Part shown: positions 9,136 to 19,832 of the stretch, piece after piece
How the letters are laid out: each line of letters opens with the position of its first letter
Numbering within the stretch: position 1 is the stretch's first letter
NCBI GenBank assembly: GCA_965223845.1
Contig: CBDCXR010000004.1
Coordinates: 5,312,001 to 5,376,000, forward strand
Reading direction: 5' to 3'
Origin: Planctomycetota bacterium
GTDB lineage: Bacteria > Planctomycetota > UBA8108 > SXIK01
Length of the DNA: 64,000 nt
The notes under the pieces: generated by a model
What the model was told of the DNA's origin: nothing
Seen by the model: the letters and a program-made list of their open reading frames with translations, nothing else
Databases searched by the model: none
Made by a program: the position numbers and the translations under genes

Positions 9136-9828
9136 ATGAACTTGAAGCGACGCTGCACCATCGCGCTCGCCGGCTGCCTCGCCCTCGCTCTCGCTACGTG
9201 GGTTGGATTTCTCGTCTATGTCGAGAGCTCGCGCGTTCGCTACGCCGAGAACGTCATCCTGCGTGAGGCCGCGCGTCCCGAATCGGTCTGGCGCATCTCG
9301 GGACCCGACGACAACGCCCTCATCCGCGTGGGCGGCGGGCCGTTCAAAGGCTGGTACCTCGCCGCCGACGATCGGATCGATCCGGTGCCCACTTCGGCCG
9401 ATCAGATGATCTATCTGAGCTTCGAGGTGAAACCCGGTCCGTACGTGCGAAATCTGTACCTTCGAAAGAAACGGGGGCTCGATTGCTACTGGCGCATCAC
9501 CCGGACGCCGTCGGACGAGCGTCGGATCCAGTCGAAGAACGACGGGCGCTACGAAAACTGGTATCTCGACCTCTTGCAGACGTGCCGCCCAGATGCGAAC
9601 CGCGCTCCGCGAACCGCGTGGAACCTCGTCCTCAACCAGAACCAGGCCCCAGGAACTCAGTGGGTGATCACTCCGGACGGGGAAGGAATGCGCATTCAGG
9701 CGACGTGCGAACCTTTCGCCGGCTGGTTTCTCGATTGCCTCTTCGGCGCGCACGTACTCGAGCGGAGGCTCGGAGACGGTGCTGAGCCACGTCAGCGGCA
9801 GTCGCCGCCGCTCGCGAAGCGGAACTAG
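9136..9828 (+). CDS. Hypothetical membrane-anchored/exported protein with three internal Trp-containing repeats
   Basis: GGAG before ATG 9136, N-terminal hydrophobic helix, three N-x-x-L...W-x-I...I...W[YF]L units. Confidence 0.65.
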   Translation: MNLKRRCTIALAGCLALALATWVGFLVYVESSRVRYAENVILREAARPESVWRISGPDDNALIRVGGGPFKGWYLAADDRIDPVPTSADQMIYLSFEVKPGPYVRNLYLRKKRGLDCYWRITRTPSDERRIQSKNDGRYENWYLDLLQTCRPDANRAPRTAWNLVLNQNQAPGTQWVITPDGEGMRIQATCEPFAGWFLDCLFGAHVLERRLGDGAEPRQRQSPPLAKRN

Positions 9829-10089
9829 CTGGACGAGGAGCGCGTTCCAGATCCGTTCGCATTCGCGAGCCTCCCGCCGAACGCTCCGCGATGGTTCGAC
9901 CCACGCGTGTGCGGTCGACGTTCGGCTCGCTCGACCGGAGCCGCCTTGACCCGGTTCGGTCGGCTGCGAAGATGGGGCGAGTTGAACTTGCGCGGCGGCA
10001 AGACGGCCGAACGAATTCTCGCGGAGAGAGTACAGGTGATCGGAGCACGTTCGGCGAAGTCCCGCCCTCTGATCGTCACGCCGCCCTCC

Positions 10090-13000
10090 ATGGCTCGCTC
10101 GCTTTCGTCTCGATGCGCCGCGTTCTTGTCGGTGTCGGCCCTGCTCCTCGCATGCGCGACGGCGAACGCTCAATCGGGCCGCTCACCCGATGGCTCGAAG
10201 CCGGAGAAGACTGCCGCCGTCCGCGCCCGGTTCGCAGACGACGCCCGACCACTCCTGGCGAAGTACTGCCACCGCTGCCACAACGAAAAGCGAATGAGGT
10301 CGGGAGTCCGCCTCGACGACCTCGCCGGCGAGATCCAGGATCGAGATATCCGCTTTTGGATGAAGATCCTCGAAGTGGTGAGCGAAGAGGAGATGCCGCC
10401 GGAAGACGAGCCTCAGCCCTCATCCGAAGAGCGAAGAATCGTCACGGATTGGATCGGCGAGGCGATCCGGCTCGCACTCTCGCGCGAGCGGGAGAAGAAC
10501 GGCTCGGCCCGCCGGCTCACGGTTGCGCAGTATCGCCGGACTCTGCGGGATCTGCTCGGACTCGAGGAAGACCTCACCGAGATCCTGCCACCGGATGCGA
10601 TCTCGAAGGACGGATTCCTCAACAACGCGGAAACTCTAGAGCTGTCGCCGCTCCTCGTCGAAGCGTACTTCGACATCGCGGAACAGGCGCTCGATCTTTC
10701 GCTCGTCGATGAATCGTCGACGCCGGTGATTCAGAACTTCCGCGTCGATCTCGGCCGGGGGATCAACACGCAGCCGTACCCCGACAAGCTGATTCTCGGG
10801 GCGAACAGTCACCTTCTTCGGAACGAAGACTTCGTCGTCAGCGAGCTCGTTCCGTCGAAGCTTTTTTCGTTCGAGTCGTTTCGAATGCGAACGAAGTATC
10901 GCTTCATCGAGGGATATCGCGGGAACGACACCGTGCGCGGATGGCGCGATTACGACAGCATCTACCACGCGGTGTTCGCATGCATGCGGGGAACGGAGGG
11001 CTACCCGAAAGGCATCGCCTACGAGACGGTTCCAGAGGGCCTCCTCCTCCGGCCGGCGATACCGAGTGCGGAGATCTTCGAGGTCGAGAGCACGTACGGC
11101 CCGCGTGCGAACTTCAAGATCTCCCTGCGCGAGCTGCCCGATCACGGACGGTTTCGCGTCACCGTCCGCGCAGCGAAGTACGACGACGGACTCCTTCTCG
11201 AACGCGGGTCGCCGGCGATCGACGTCGATCCCGAGCGCAGCCTCTCGTCGCCTCTACGGTCCGAGCCGCAGCGGGTCGAGATCATCGAAGCCGGGGTCTA
11301 CCAAGTGGATGTCCACCTCGCACGCGAAGCTCCACCCGTTCCTCCCGATGCGTCGAGGCTCGACGATGCACTCGTCGGCGCGTGGGAGTTCGACGGTCAA
11401 TTGACGAGCGAGAGCATCCCCGGAACGAAGTCGCTCGTCGGTGAGCTCGCCGGAGAGGCCAAGCTGGTTCCCTCTCCCTTCGGAGAAGCGCTCTCGGTCG
11501 ACGGCCAAACCGGGAGTGTCGTCGTTCCGCGCGACGCGTCGATGGACGTCGGAGAGGGAGAGTTTACCGTCGCCGCATGGATCTTTCCTCGCGAGCTGCG
11601 CCAAGCCGGGATCGTCTCTCTGGGAGGCTACGGCTACACGCATGGGTGGCTCTTCGACATGCCGTCGGGAAACGGGATCCTCCGTGTCGAAACGGCCACC
11701 GCGGCGAATCAGTCGAACGGAACGGTGGCGTCGGCGTCCGGAGCGATTGTCAGAGGAGAATGGCAGCACGTCGCGGCAGTGATCCGGCGGGGCGAGAACA
11801 ACGCGCGCCTGTTCGTCAACGGGCGCGAAGTGGCCAGCGGAACAATTCACGGCGCGAACCTCGACAATTCCAAACGATCACTTCACATCGGGCGCGTCGA
11901 GGGCGCGAATCTTTTCGCCGGCGAGATCGACGCCGTTCGCTTCTATCGCCGAGCGCTCGCCGAGGCCGAACTCGAGGCGCTCGTCGAGCCCGGTCGCCGG
12001 TTCGCTCGCGCTCAGCGGAGAAAGGAAAAGCCGCAGGAACTCTCGCTTCAGCTCGGCGCGAGATCGTTCAGCGCCAAGCTCGAGCGACCTGCCTTTCTCG
12101 CGGTCCGATTGCTGGCGGGCCCGCTTCGGGTATCGGCTCGCTACGCCGGCAAGACGGCGCTCGAATCCGTCACCTTCACGCCGGTCGACGAAGCGAGCGA
12201 GCTTCACAATCGATTTCGAGTCTTCGAAGCGCGGTCGCCGCACCTCGGCGTCCATCTAGGCCTTCGACGCGACTGCGGCAGCACGCTCAACCGAGTCGGC
12301 GAGCCGCAGACGGTCTCATCGACGAACCTCGAGGAATTCGTCTTCGAGGGTGCGATCAACAACTTTCCGAGCCCCGACGTCGAGAAGGACAACGTCAACT
12401 ATCTCGCCGGAGTTCGCGAGATCGGTGTCCGAAGCGAGTACACGGACGGTCGCGACATGCCCCGGCTCCTCGTTCGATCGGTCGAGTTCGAGGGCCCGCT
12501 CTACGAATCGTGGCCGCCCGACTCGCATCGCCGGATCTTCATCGAGTCGGAGAGAAGAGACGACGCGCCGGCGTACGCGCTGGATATCTTGCGATCGTTC
12601 GCCACGCGCGCCTATCGACGGCCGGTGCGCGACGCCGAGCTGGCCTCCCTCCTCGCCGTTTGGGGAGAAGCTTTCGCTGAATCGGGAGACTTTAGGCAGA
12701 GCATCAAGAGTGCGCTCATCGTCGCACTCTCGTCACCTCAGTTTCTCTTTCTCATCGAGGACAGCGCTACCCCCGAGCCGGAACCGCTCGACTCCTACGA
12801 GCTCGCCGCGAAGCTGTCGTACTTTCTTTGGGACTCTCCGCCCGACCGTCGTCTTCTCGAGCTCGCTGCGGAGAATTCACTCCGGCGCAACCTCGACGTC
12901 GAGATCACGCGCCTCATTCGAGATCCACGCTTCGAGATCTTCGCCGACACGTTCAGTTCGCAGTGGCTCGGTCTCGAGAAGCTCGACGTCGTCGAATTCG

Positions 13001-13776
13001 ACCGCGAGCGCTATCCGCGCCTGACTCGCGATACGAAGTTCGAGCTCGGCAAGGAGCCGGCGCGGTTCGTTCAGCATCTCGTCCGGGAGAACCTATCCCT
13101 CAGCAATCTCGTTCGATCGAGCTTCATCCTCGCCAACGAGGTCGTCGCGAGCTACTACGACCTGGGCGAGCGAACGGAGAGCGGATTCGAGTTCGCGCCG
13201 GTCGAGCACGGGAGCGACCATCTCGGCGGAGTTCTCGCCCAGGCCGGAATCCTCGCGGCCCTCTCGGATGGACGAGAGTCGCATCCGATCAAACGCGGCG
13301 CGTGGCTCGCCCGGAAGCTCATCGCGGAGCCACCCGACGATCCGCCGCCGAACGTACCGGAGTTGCCGGAGGACGAAGGCGAATTGAGCCTCCGCGAGAA
13401 GCTCGAGCGCCATCGGAACGCGCGCGGCTGCAAGAAGTGCCACGAAGGTATCGATCCTTGGGGGCTCCCGCTCGAGGAGTTCGATGCGGGTGGACGCTAC
13501 CGGCCGGACCGACGCGGATCGGGTCGATCGACCTTACCGGACGACACTGAAATCTCCGGTGCCAACGAACTCAAGGCGTACCTCGTCGAAGGTCACATCG
13601 ACCAAGTTGCGTTCTCCTTTCTCAAGCACGTTGCGACCTATGCGACGGGTCGAACTCTGACCTACAACGAGCTCGAGTTTCTCCGGCGCGAAGGCCCGCG
13701 CTTGAAGTCGCGCGGATACCCGATGCAAGATATGGTTCGGTTCGTCGTCGAGAGCGAGCTCTTCCTCCAGAAGTAG
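10090..13776 (+). CDS. Planctomycete cytochrome c / DUF1592-family protein (DUF1587-1595-1592-1588-1585 layout) with a LamG-like insert
   Basis: Signal peptide, CHRCH...[71 protein letters not shown]. LamG-like EFTVAAWI...WQHVAAV...LFVNG...[15 protein letters not shown]. Confidence 0.9.
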   Translation: MARSLSSRCAAFLSVSALLLACATANAQSGRSPDGSKPEKTAAVRARFADDARPLLAKYCHRCHNEKRMRSGVRLDDLAGEIQDRDIRFWMKILEVVSEEEMPPEDEPQPSSEERRIVTDWIGEAIRLALSREREKNGSARRLTVAQYRRTLRDLLGLEEDLTEILPPDAISKDGFLNNAETLELSPLLVEAYFDIAEQALDLSLVDESSTPVIQNFRVDLGRGINTQPYPDKLILGANSHLLRNEDFVVSELVPSKLFSFESFRMRTKYRFIEGYRGNDTVRGWRDYDSIYHAVFACMRGTEGYPKGIAYETVPEGLLLRPAIPSAEIFEVESTYGPRANFKISLRELPDHGRFRVTVRAAKYDDGLLLERGSPAIDVDPERSLSSPLRSEPQRVEIIEAGVYQVDVHLAREAPPVPPDASRLDDALVGAWEFDGQLTSESIPGTKSLVGELAGEAKLVPSPFGEALSVDGQTGSVVVPRDASMDVGEGEFTVAAWIFPRELRQAGIVSLGGYGYTHGWLFDMPSGNGILRVETATAANQSNGTVASASGAIVRGEWQHVAAVIRRGENNARLFVNGREVASGTIHGANLDNSKRSLHIGRVEGANLFAGEIDAVRFYRRALAEAELEALVEPGRRFARAQRRKEKPQELSLQLGARSFSAKLERPAFLAVRLLAGPLRVSARYAGKTALESVTFTPVDEASELHNRFRVFEARSPHLGVHLGLRRDCGSTLNRVGEPQTVSSTNLEEFVFEGAINNFPSPDVEKDNVNYLAGVREIGVRSEYTDGRDMPRLLVRSVEFEGPLYESWPPDSHRRIFIESERRDDAPAYALDILRSFATRAYRRPVRDAELASLLAVWGEAFAESGDFRQSIKSALIVALSSPQFLFLIEDSATPEPEPLDSYELAAKLSYFLWDSPPDRRLLELAAENSLRRNLDVEITRLIRDPRFEIFADTFSSQWLGLEKLDVVEFDRERYPRLTRDTKFELGKEPARFVQHLVRENLSLSNLVRSSFILANEVVASYYDLGERTESGFEFAPVEHGSDHLGGVLAQAGILAALSDGRESHPIKRGAWLARKLIAEPPDDPPPNVPELPEDEGELSLREKLERHRNARGCKKCHEGIDPWGLPLEEFDAGGRYRPDRRGSGRSTLPDDTEISGANELKAYLVEGHIDQVAFSFLKHVATYATGRTLTYNELEFLRREGPRLKSRGYPMQDMVRFVVESELFLQK

Positions 13777-13814
13777 ACCGCTTCCCCCGATACTGCGAGA
13801 GCGAGACGCCAACC

Positions 13815-15155
13815 ATGGACTCCAGCGCAAAGATCGATCGTCGTGCCGTGCTCAAGGGGATCGCGGGAGCGGCACTCGCACTCCCCGTACTCGAGGCGAT
13901 GGGAGAAGAAGTCGCCGGCCGCCCCCCGCGGCGGTTCTGCGCGCTCTATACGGCGAACGGCATGTCGCTCCCGAAGACTCAGCACGGGATCGACGACTGG
14001 AGCTGGTTCCCGACTGCGGCGAGCGACGGGCGGTTCGTGTTCGGAAAATCGACCGAACCCCTCACCCCCTTCCGAAAGAAGCTGAGCTTTCTCGGCGGCC
14101 TCTACCACCGGAACGGAACGAAGGCCGACCCGCACGTGTGCTCGGATATGTGGCTGACGGGCGCGCCGCTCCACGACGCGAAGCCCGGAACGTATAACAC
14201 GGTCGGACTCGACCAAGTCATCGCGCTCCACACGAAGCAGTACTGTCGCCAGCCCTCGCTCGTCCTTTCGATCGACGCGGGGACGGGCTTCCTCTCGCGC
14301 ACGGGCACGATCTCCTACAGCCTCGACGGCAGGCCGATCCCGGCGGAGAACCAGCCGCGCCGCGTCTTCGATCGCCTCTTCCGCGCCGATCGAGCTTCCC
14401 TCGAAGCTCAGCGCGACCGCCTGAAACGGCGACTGAAGCTCGTCGACGCCGTCGCGGACAGCACGCGCGCGCTCAATAAGAGGCTGGGGCGTTCGGACCG
14501 CGACAAGATGGACGAGTACCTGACGTCGCTCAATGAGATCGAGTCGAGGTTGATCGCGTCGGAGAAGTGGATCGACGTCCCGCTCAAGAAGCAGGATCAC
14601 TCGCATCTCGAACTCGACGTCACCTCAGAAGACGATCCCCACCGGTACTACCGGACGATGTTCGACCTAATCGCTCTCGCGTTCGACGCCGACATCACGC
14701 GAAGCGTCGCGTTCATGCTGAATCGCGAAGACGGGATGGGAATCAGCGACACATTCCCGCTCAAGCTCGGTCTCAGCCGGACGCACCACAGCCTCTCACA
14801 CGCCGGTGACAAGGAAGGGCAGCTCGAATTCGCGAAGTACGATCTTTTTCTCAGCCAGCAGCTCGCGCATTTTTTTGCGCGGCTCGAAGAGTACAAAGAT
14901 CGAAACGGCACCGTGCTCGACAACAGCATCGTTCTCTTCGGGAGCGGGGCGAGCACGACCCACTATCCGAAGAATCTTCCGACGCTCGTCGCCGGCGGGG
15001 CCAACATGGGCCTCCGCCACGGTCACTACTGGCGCGACGGCGAGACGCCGATGGCGAACGTGTTCCTCAGTATTCTCCGCTCGATGGGAATCGAAGAACC
15101 GTCGTTCGCCGACAGCTCCGGCGCCGCGGGTCGAGCGGTGTTCTCGCGGGTCTGA
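13815..15155 (+). CDS. DUF1552-family protein with Tat signal
   Basis: [64 protein letters not shown]. This is the usual partner of DUF1592. Confidence 0.92.
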   Translation: MDSSAKIDRRAVLKGIAGAALALPVLEAMGEEVAGRPPRRFCALYTANGMSLPKTQHGIDDWSWFPTAASDGRFVFGKSTEPLTPFRKKLSFLGGLYHRNGTKADPHVCSDMWLTGAPLHDAKPGTYNTVGLDQVIALHTKQYCRQPSLVLSIDAGTGFLSRTGTISYSLDGRPIPAENQPRRVFDRLFRADRASLEAQRDRLKRRLKLVDAVADSTRALNKRLGRSDRDKMDEYLTSLNEIESRLIASEKWIDVPLKKQDHSHLELDVTSEDDPHRYYRTMFDLIALAFDADITRSVAFMLNREDGMGISDTFPLKLGLSRTHHSLSHAGDKEGQLEFAKYDLFLSQQLAHFFARLEEYKDRNGTVLDNSIVLFGSGASTTHYPKNLPTLVAGGANMGLRHGHYWRDGETPMANVFLSILRSMGIEEPSFADSSGAAGRAVFSRV

Positions 15156-15250
15156 CCAGGATCCGGGGCCGCCGACGGCAGTCGGGCCCCACCGGGGCGG
15201 CGAGAATCAGGCCTTCCCCCCCTTTCCCCCAAGAAACTGCTTTCGGGCCA

Positions 15251-15279
15251 TTGACTTGACCGAACGTTCGGTATAGACT
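15251..15279 (+). promoter_or_regulatory. Sigma70 promoter of tetR with a 14-bp palindromic operator in the spacer
   Basis: TTGACT (15251-56), 17 nt, TAGACT (15274-79). ACCGAACGTTCGGT at 15259-15272. Confidence 0.8.
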
Positions 15280-15297
15280 CCTCCGCAGGAGCTCAGA

Positions 15298-15870
15298 ATG
15301 CCGAACACGAAAGCCGAACCCGACACCATTCTCGACCGCCTCACCGACGTTTTTCGGACCGTCGGATACGAAGGTGCCACGCTGAGCAAGCTCTCCGAAG
15401 CCACGGGCCTCCAGCGGGCGAGCCTCTACCACCGCTTCCCCGGGGGGAAGCAGGATATGGCCGAAGCCGTGCTCGAACGCGCGGGCGAGTGGTTCGCGTG
15501 CCACATTCTCGAGCCGCTCTCGGGGACGGGCGCACCGCGCGCGCGGCTCGAAGGGATGGCGAAGAAGCTGAGCGCGTTTTACGAGCGAGGCGAAGCGTCC
15601 TGTCTCCTCGACACCCTGTCTTTCGGGGACGGGCGCGACATTTTCGAGACTCACATCGAAGGGGCATTCTCCGCCTGGATCGAGTCGATCGCGGCGCTCG
15701 TCGGAGACGCGACCCACTGCTCGAAGTCGATCGCGCGCCGCCGCGCGGAGGACGCCGTCATTCGCGTTCAGGGCGCGCTCGTCCTCGCCCGCGGCACCGG
15801 CGACACGAAACCGTTTCAGCGAGTCCTTCGGACTCTACCCGATGCTCTCTTGGGGAAAGGAGACGAGTGA
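15298..15870 (+). CDS. TetR/AcrR family transcriptional regulator
   Basis: AGGAG RBS; HTH VFRTVGYEGATLSKLSEATGLQRASLYHRFPGGK. Confidence 0.93.
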   Translation: MPNTKAEPDTILDRLTDVFRTVGYEGATLSKLSEATGLQRASLYHRFPGGKQDMAEAVLERAGEWFACHILEPLSGTGAPRARLEGMAKKLSAFYERGEASCLLDTLSFGDGRDIFETHIEGAFSAWIESIAALVGDATHCSKSIARRRAEDAVIRVQGALVLARGTGDTKPFQRVLRTLPDALLGKGDE

Positions 15871-15919
15871 CGCACGAGCCTTAGATGCGAGCCGTCCTTT
15901 TTTATTTGGCCGCACTCTT

Positions 15920-15935
15920 TACCGAACGTTCGGTA
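15920..15935. promoter_or_regulatory. Second copy of the TetR operator
   Basis: Perfect 16-bp palindrome TACCGAACGTTCGGTA, 30 bp upstream of the DsrE-family start. Confidence 0.8.
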
Positions 15936-15964
15936 CAACCACTGACCACAAAAGGACCCAAGCC

Positions 15965-16339
15965 ATGAAAGCAGCCATCGCCATTCTCTCCGATCCCAAG
16001 AACGGCTCCGAAGAAGCCCTCGGACGACTCTTCAACGGTCTCGCCGCGGCCTACGACTTCAACCAGCGCGGCGACGAAGTGACCATTCTGTTCCAAGGCG
16101 CAGGAACGCGCTGGATCGGCGAGCTCGCGAAAGAAGACCACCCCGCGCACTCGCTCTTCGAGGAAGTGAGGGACGACGTGGCGGGAGTCTCCTGCGGATG
16201 CGCCGACGTCTTTGGCGGCAGCGAGGACGCGGAACGCTCCGGATTCGACCTCATCAAGGACAACCCCGTTCCGGGCACCACGGGTCTTCCGAGCCTCCAC
16301 AACCTCGTCGCGGAAGGCTACTCGGTACTGACGTTTTGA
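15965..16339 (+). CDS. DsrE-family protein
   Basis: AAGGA RBS before ATG 15965; GDEVTILFQGAG, VSCGCADVFG, LVAEGYSVLTF. Confidence 0.8.
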   Translation: MKAAIAILSDPKNGSEEALGRLFNGLAAAYDFNQRGDEVTILFQGAGTRWIGELAKEDHPAHSLFEEVRDDVAGVSCGCADVFGGSEDAERSGFDLIKDNPVPGTTGLPSLHNLVAEGYSVLTF

Positions 16340-16417
16340 AGCAGTTCGGAGACGCATTCCGGTGCCGGCGCGGCAAGCGCGACGCGTCGGCACCGGAACA
16401 GAGCAAAGGATGAGACG

Positions 16418-17365
16418 ATGCGCATCGAGAATCCTTATCACGAAGGCGAGCAACTCGTGCAGGAGAGACTCGGCGAAGTCGAAGAAGGCCGCCGAAATGG
16501 CCGCGCCATCGCCGACTCGATCCTCAAGGGCGCGCTCAAATACATCGAGCAACAATCTCTCGTCGTCCTCGGAAGCATGGACGAGAAGGAGAGAGTTTGG
16601 GCGTCCGTCGTCATCGGAGACCCGGGGTTCATGAGAGCTCCCGACGAGAGGACGGTCGAGTTCAACCTCGATCTCGCGGCTCCCGTCCGGGCGGATCCCC
16701 TTTGGACGAACATCGAACGCGACTCCCGAGTCGGTACACTCGTCATCGATCTAGCGACACGCCGGCGGCTCCGCATCAACGGCCGAATCGAACGCCTCGA
16801 GCCGAATCGTTGGCGCCTCGACGTCGACGAATCCTATCCGAACTGCCCGAAGTACATTCAGCGCCGCCGCGTCGTCCCTCATCTCTCCGGCGAGGTGCAG
16901 GTCGATTCGTCGCCCCGACGGGGACGCGAGCTCGGCGCTGGCGAGTCGCAGCTCATCCGATCCGCGGACACGTTCTTCGTCGCGAGCGCGCATCCCGATC
17001 GCGGCGTCGACGCGTCGCACCGGGGCGGTCAGCCGGGATTCGTCAACGTGCTCGACGATCGACGCCTGCGCATCCCCGACTATCCGGGAAACCGGATGTA
17101 CAACACGCTCGGTAACTTCGCCGTCCACGCGCGCGCGGGCCTCGTGTTCATCGACTTCGAGCGAAGTCGCATCCTTCAGCTCGTCGGTCGACCCGAGATC
17201 GTTTGGCAGCGAGACGATCCCGCCAACGAAACCGGCGGTACGGATCGGTACTGGGAATTCGAAATCGACGAGTGGCTCGAGCTCGATCTCCCGCGGCGGC
17301 TCGAATGGGAGTTCCTCGACTACGCTAGCGAGAATCCTGGGCCGTCCCGGAATCGCGCGGACTAG
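16418..17365 (+). CDS. Pyridoxamine 5'-phosphate oxidase-family FMN-binding protein
   Basis: PYHEGEQLVQ, IDLATRRRLRING, YPNCPKYIQ, ADTFFVAS, DASHRGG.PGF, PDYPGN.MYNTLGN. Confidence 0.9.
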   Translation: MRIENPYHEGEQLVQERLGEVEEGRRNGRAIADSILKGALKYIEQQSLVVLGSMDEKERVWASVVIGDPGFMRAPDERTVEFNLDLAAPVRADPLWTNIERDSRVGTLVIDLATRRRLRINGRIERLEPNRWRLDVDESYPNCPKYIQRRRVVPHLSGEVQVDSSPRRGRELGAGESQLIRSADTFFVASAHPDRGVDASHRGGQPGFVNVLDDRRLRIPDYPGNRMYNTLGNFAVHARAGLVFIDFERSRILQLVGRPEIVWQRDDPANETGGTDRYWEFEIDEWLELDLPRRLEWEFLDYASENPGPSRNRAD

Positions 17366-17607
17366 GCGAGTGTCGAACACCGAGCCGTTGCGCCCGAATC
17401 CGGCGTCTTCGGCGGACTCCTGATCCGACGCGCCCCGGTGAACGTGAACCGACCGCGGTAGCGGTTAGTGGGGATCGCGCGACTCCCTACGTTCGCCGAC
17501 GCGTAGTCGATCGCCGTCCGGATCGATGCGATGGTCGTACCGAAGGCGTCATGAGGTGCCGAGTCAAGCTTCGAACTAAGCCTTGGGCACCGGACAAGCG
17601 GACGGAG

Positions 17608-18159
17608 TCACGAGCATCGGTCGCCCTGGGAACAAATCGCCGCGAGCGCCTTTCCGGCCGCCTCACCAAGTCGCTTGTCAGTTTGTAGCTTTCGAAGAAT
17701 GGGGACGGCCGACGTGGCCCGCACTCCGTACCTTCCGATCTGAGCGACTGCCCACACGCGAATCGTCGACTCGGTGTCCTCGATTTCTCGGAGGAGGTAG
17801 GGCACGAGCGCGGCATCCAGCTCTTCGGTGATTCGCACGAGTGCGTTCATTACGGTCGCCCTCCGGACGGCCTCACCTCCGACGGTTCAGGTGTCGTCGA
17901 CGAACCCTTCAGCGTGACCATAGAGGCCAGACTCGCGGGCGGCTCTCATGAGCCGGGGAAACGCTCTGACGGAGCGGAGTTCTCCGAGCCGCGCCGTGGC
18001 GACTTGGCGCGTGTCGGCGTCCTTCGATTCAAGACGAAACAGATACCAACTCTCGAGAAGCCTGTCTCGGAAACAAAAGACGGTGCCGGCGACCACAAGG
18101 AGGGAAGTGAACCCTACCAGTAGAGTCCATCGAGTTTGTCGATTCAGTTCCTTTGGCAT
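17608..18159 (-). pseudogene. Membrane-anchored HEAT-repeat gene interrupted by one in-frame TGA (17887-17889)
   Basis: ORFs 17887..18192 and 17608..17850 share a frame. The read-through is ...GFVDDT*TVGGEAVRRATVMNALVRI..., with HEAT-like sequence on both sides. Confidence 0.65.
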
Positions 18160-18288
18160 GGAAGCCTGTTCTCCCGATATCGATATCCGCACTCCTCAGG
18201 ATCGGTGCGAAACCGCCGTTTCCCCCCGGAAGCGAGCGAACGGGTGCGGCTCAGGACATTTCTATTCTCGTGCGTGAACGGGGACGAT

Positions 18289-19062
18289 TCAACGATTGGG
18301 GCGTCCATCGCCTGCGGACTTGCCGTACACGCTCAAGTGCCCGTTGAGATCGCACAGCTCCGGTCGCAAGGCCAAGAATCGAAGGATGTCGTCCATTCCG
18401 AACTCGGGATTCTGCGGGTACAAATCGGAGAAGATCTCGTCCACGAACGCGAGGTCTTCGGGCGCGTCCACCGTCCAGCGCAGCGAGGCCAGATCTCGCC
18501 CCGAGACCACGCTCCCGCGACGGAATCGCTGCGCTTGTCGGTGAAAGAACGGCGTCACGTGCTCGCGCTCGTACCGGTCATCCGCCTCACGCCACGCGAT
18601 CTCGAGGGCTTCTCGGCGGACGACCTCGGTGTCGAGGCCGTCGGGATAGCTCCTCTCGATGGTGTTCGAGGTGTAGTCGTTTCGATCGCGAACGTGCTGC
18701 TCGACGATCGTATCGACGACCGCGGGATCGATGAGGGGACAGTCGGCGGTGATGCGCACGATCTCATCGACTTCGTAGGCCGCCGCGGCGCTCCGGTAGC
18801 GATCGAGCACGTCGGTGAGATCTCCGCGATAGAAGAGTGTTCCGCACTGGGCAGCGACTTGAGCTACGGCATCATCTCCGGCATCCGTGCTCGTCGCGAC
18901 GATGATCTCGTCGATCGAGCGGGCGCGGCGCACTCGTTCGATCAAGCGCTCGAGCATCGGCCGGCCGGCGATCGGTCGCAAAACCTTCCCCGGGAGCCGC
19001 GACGACCCGACGCGAGCCTGGATGATCGCCGCGATTCTCCCGCGCGCGGCGTCTGCGTTCAT
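18289..19062 (-). CDS. SpsF-like cytidylyltransferase (CMP-sugar synthetase family)
   Basis: IIQARVGSSRLPGKVL, DVLDRY, VRITADCPLIDP, YPDGLDTEV, REHVTP, LRWTVD.PED. Confidence 0.88.
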   Translation of the reverse strand: MNADAARGRIAAIIQARVGSSRLPGKVLRPIAGRPMLERLIERVRRARSIDEIIVATSTDAGDDAVAQVAAQCGTLFYRGDLTDVLDRYRSAAAAYEVDEIVRITADCPLIDPAVVDTIVEQHVRDRNDYTSNTIERSYPDGLDTEVVRREALEIAWREADDRYEREHVTPFFHRQAQRFRRGSVVSGRDLASLRWTVDAPEDLAFVDEIFSDLYPQNPEFGMDDILRFLALRPELCDLNGHLSVYGKSAGDGRPNR

Positions 19063-19093
19063 CGCGGGTTCCTTCGGATTCGCCGGGAGTGCA

Positions 19094-19810
19094 TCACCGA
19101 TTCCCCTCTGGAGCGAAGAACTTCGACCAGGATTTTTCGAGGAGGACATCCTGCCACCTCGACTCGAGAGCCGAAGCTCCGCGCTCCTTCACCCACGCAT
19201 CGTCGGCGTCGATCCAGACGCGACGCCACACGACCTCGTAGCTCCCGGCGCCGAGAAACATGCTCGCGTGCGTTCGAGCGGGCTTGTAGCAGTAGACGCG
19301 GTCGCCGGCGACGTGGCGATTGACGTTGCGGACGCTCTGCGGGGGAAGAAACTCGCGGATGAAGAGATGCCCCCCGTCGGCGAGCGCGCGGTCGATATTC
19401 GCGACGGACGCGAAAATCGTCTCGCGCGAAACCCAGCAAAACACGTCGTCGACGACCACGAGGTCGAAGAAGCCGCCAAACATCGCGTCGTCCCTCACGG
19501 GATTCTCCGCAATCGTCCCGCGGTGAAGCTCGATCGAATCTCCGTAGGCGTCACGGCCGAACTCGACGGCCTTCGCCGAAGGCTCGACGCCGACGCAGCG
19601 CTCCGCCCCCCGCGTCGCGTAGTAGTCGAGCAGGTCGCCGTAATTGCACCCGTACTCGAGCACGCGCCGCGGCTCGATTCCGCACGAGGCGACGGCTTCG
19701 ACGATCTCACGCTTCTTCCTCCGCAGACGATCGGTGGCCGCGTCGGCGTGGTTTCGCTCGAAGAACGCGTCCGCTTCGTGCTCGAGATACTCTTCGTCTT
19801 GAGTGGACAT
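19094..19810 (-). CDS. Class I SAM-dependent methyltransferase
   Basis: EADAFFERN, VLEYGCNYG, VGVEPS. Start set at ATG 19810. Confidence 0.85.
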   Translation of the reverse strand: MSTQDEEYLEHEADAFFERNHADAATDRLRRKKREIVEAVASCGIEPRRVLEYGCNYGDLLDYYATRGAERCVGVEPSAKAVEFGRDAYGDSIELHRGTIAENPVRDDAMFGGFFDLVVVDDVFCWVSRETIFASVANIDRALADGGHLFIREFLPPQSVRNVNRHVAGDRVYCYKPARTHASMFLGAGSYEVVWRRVWIDADDAWVKERGASALESRWQDVLLEKSWSKFFAPEGNR

Positions 19811-19832
19811 GCTTCTGCGTCTCGCGAAACGT

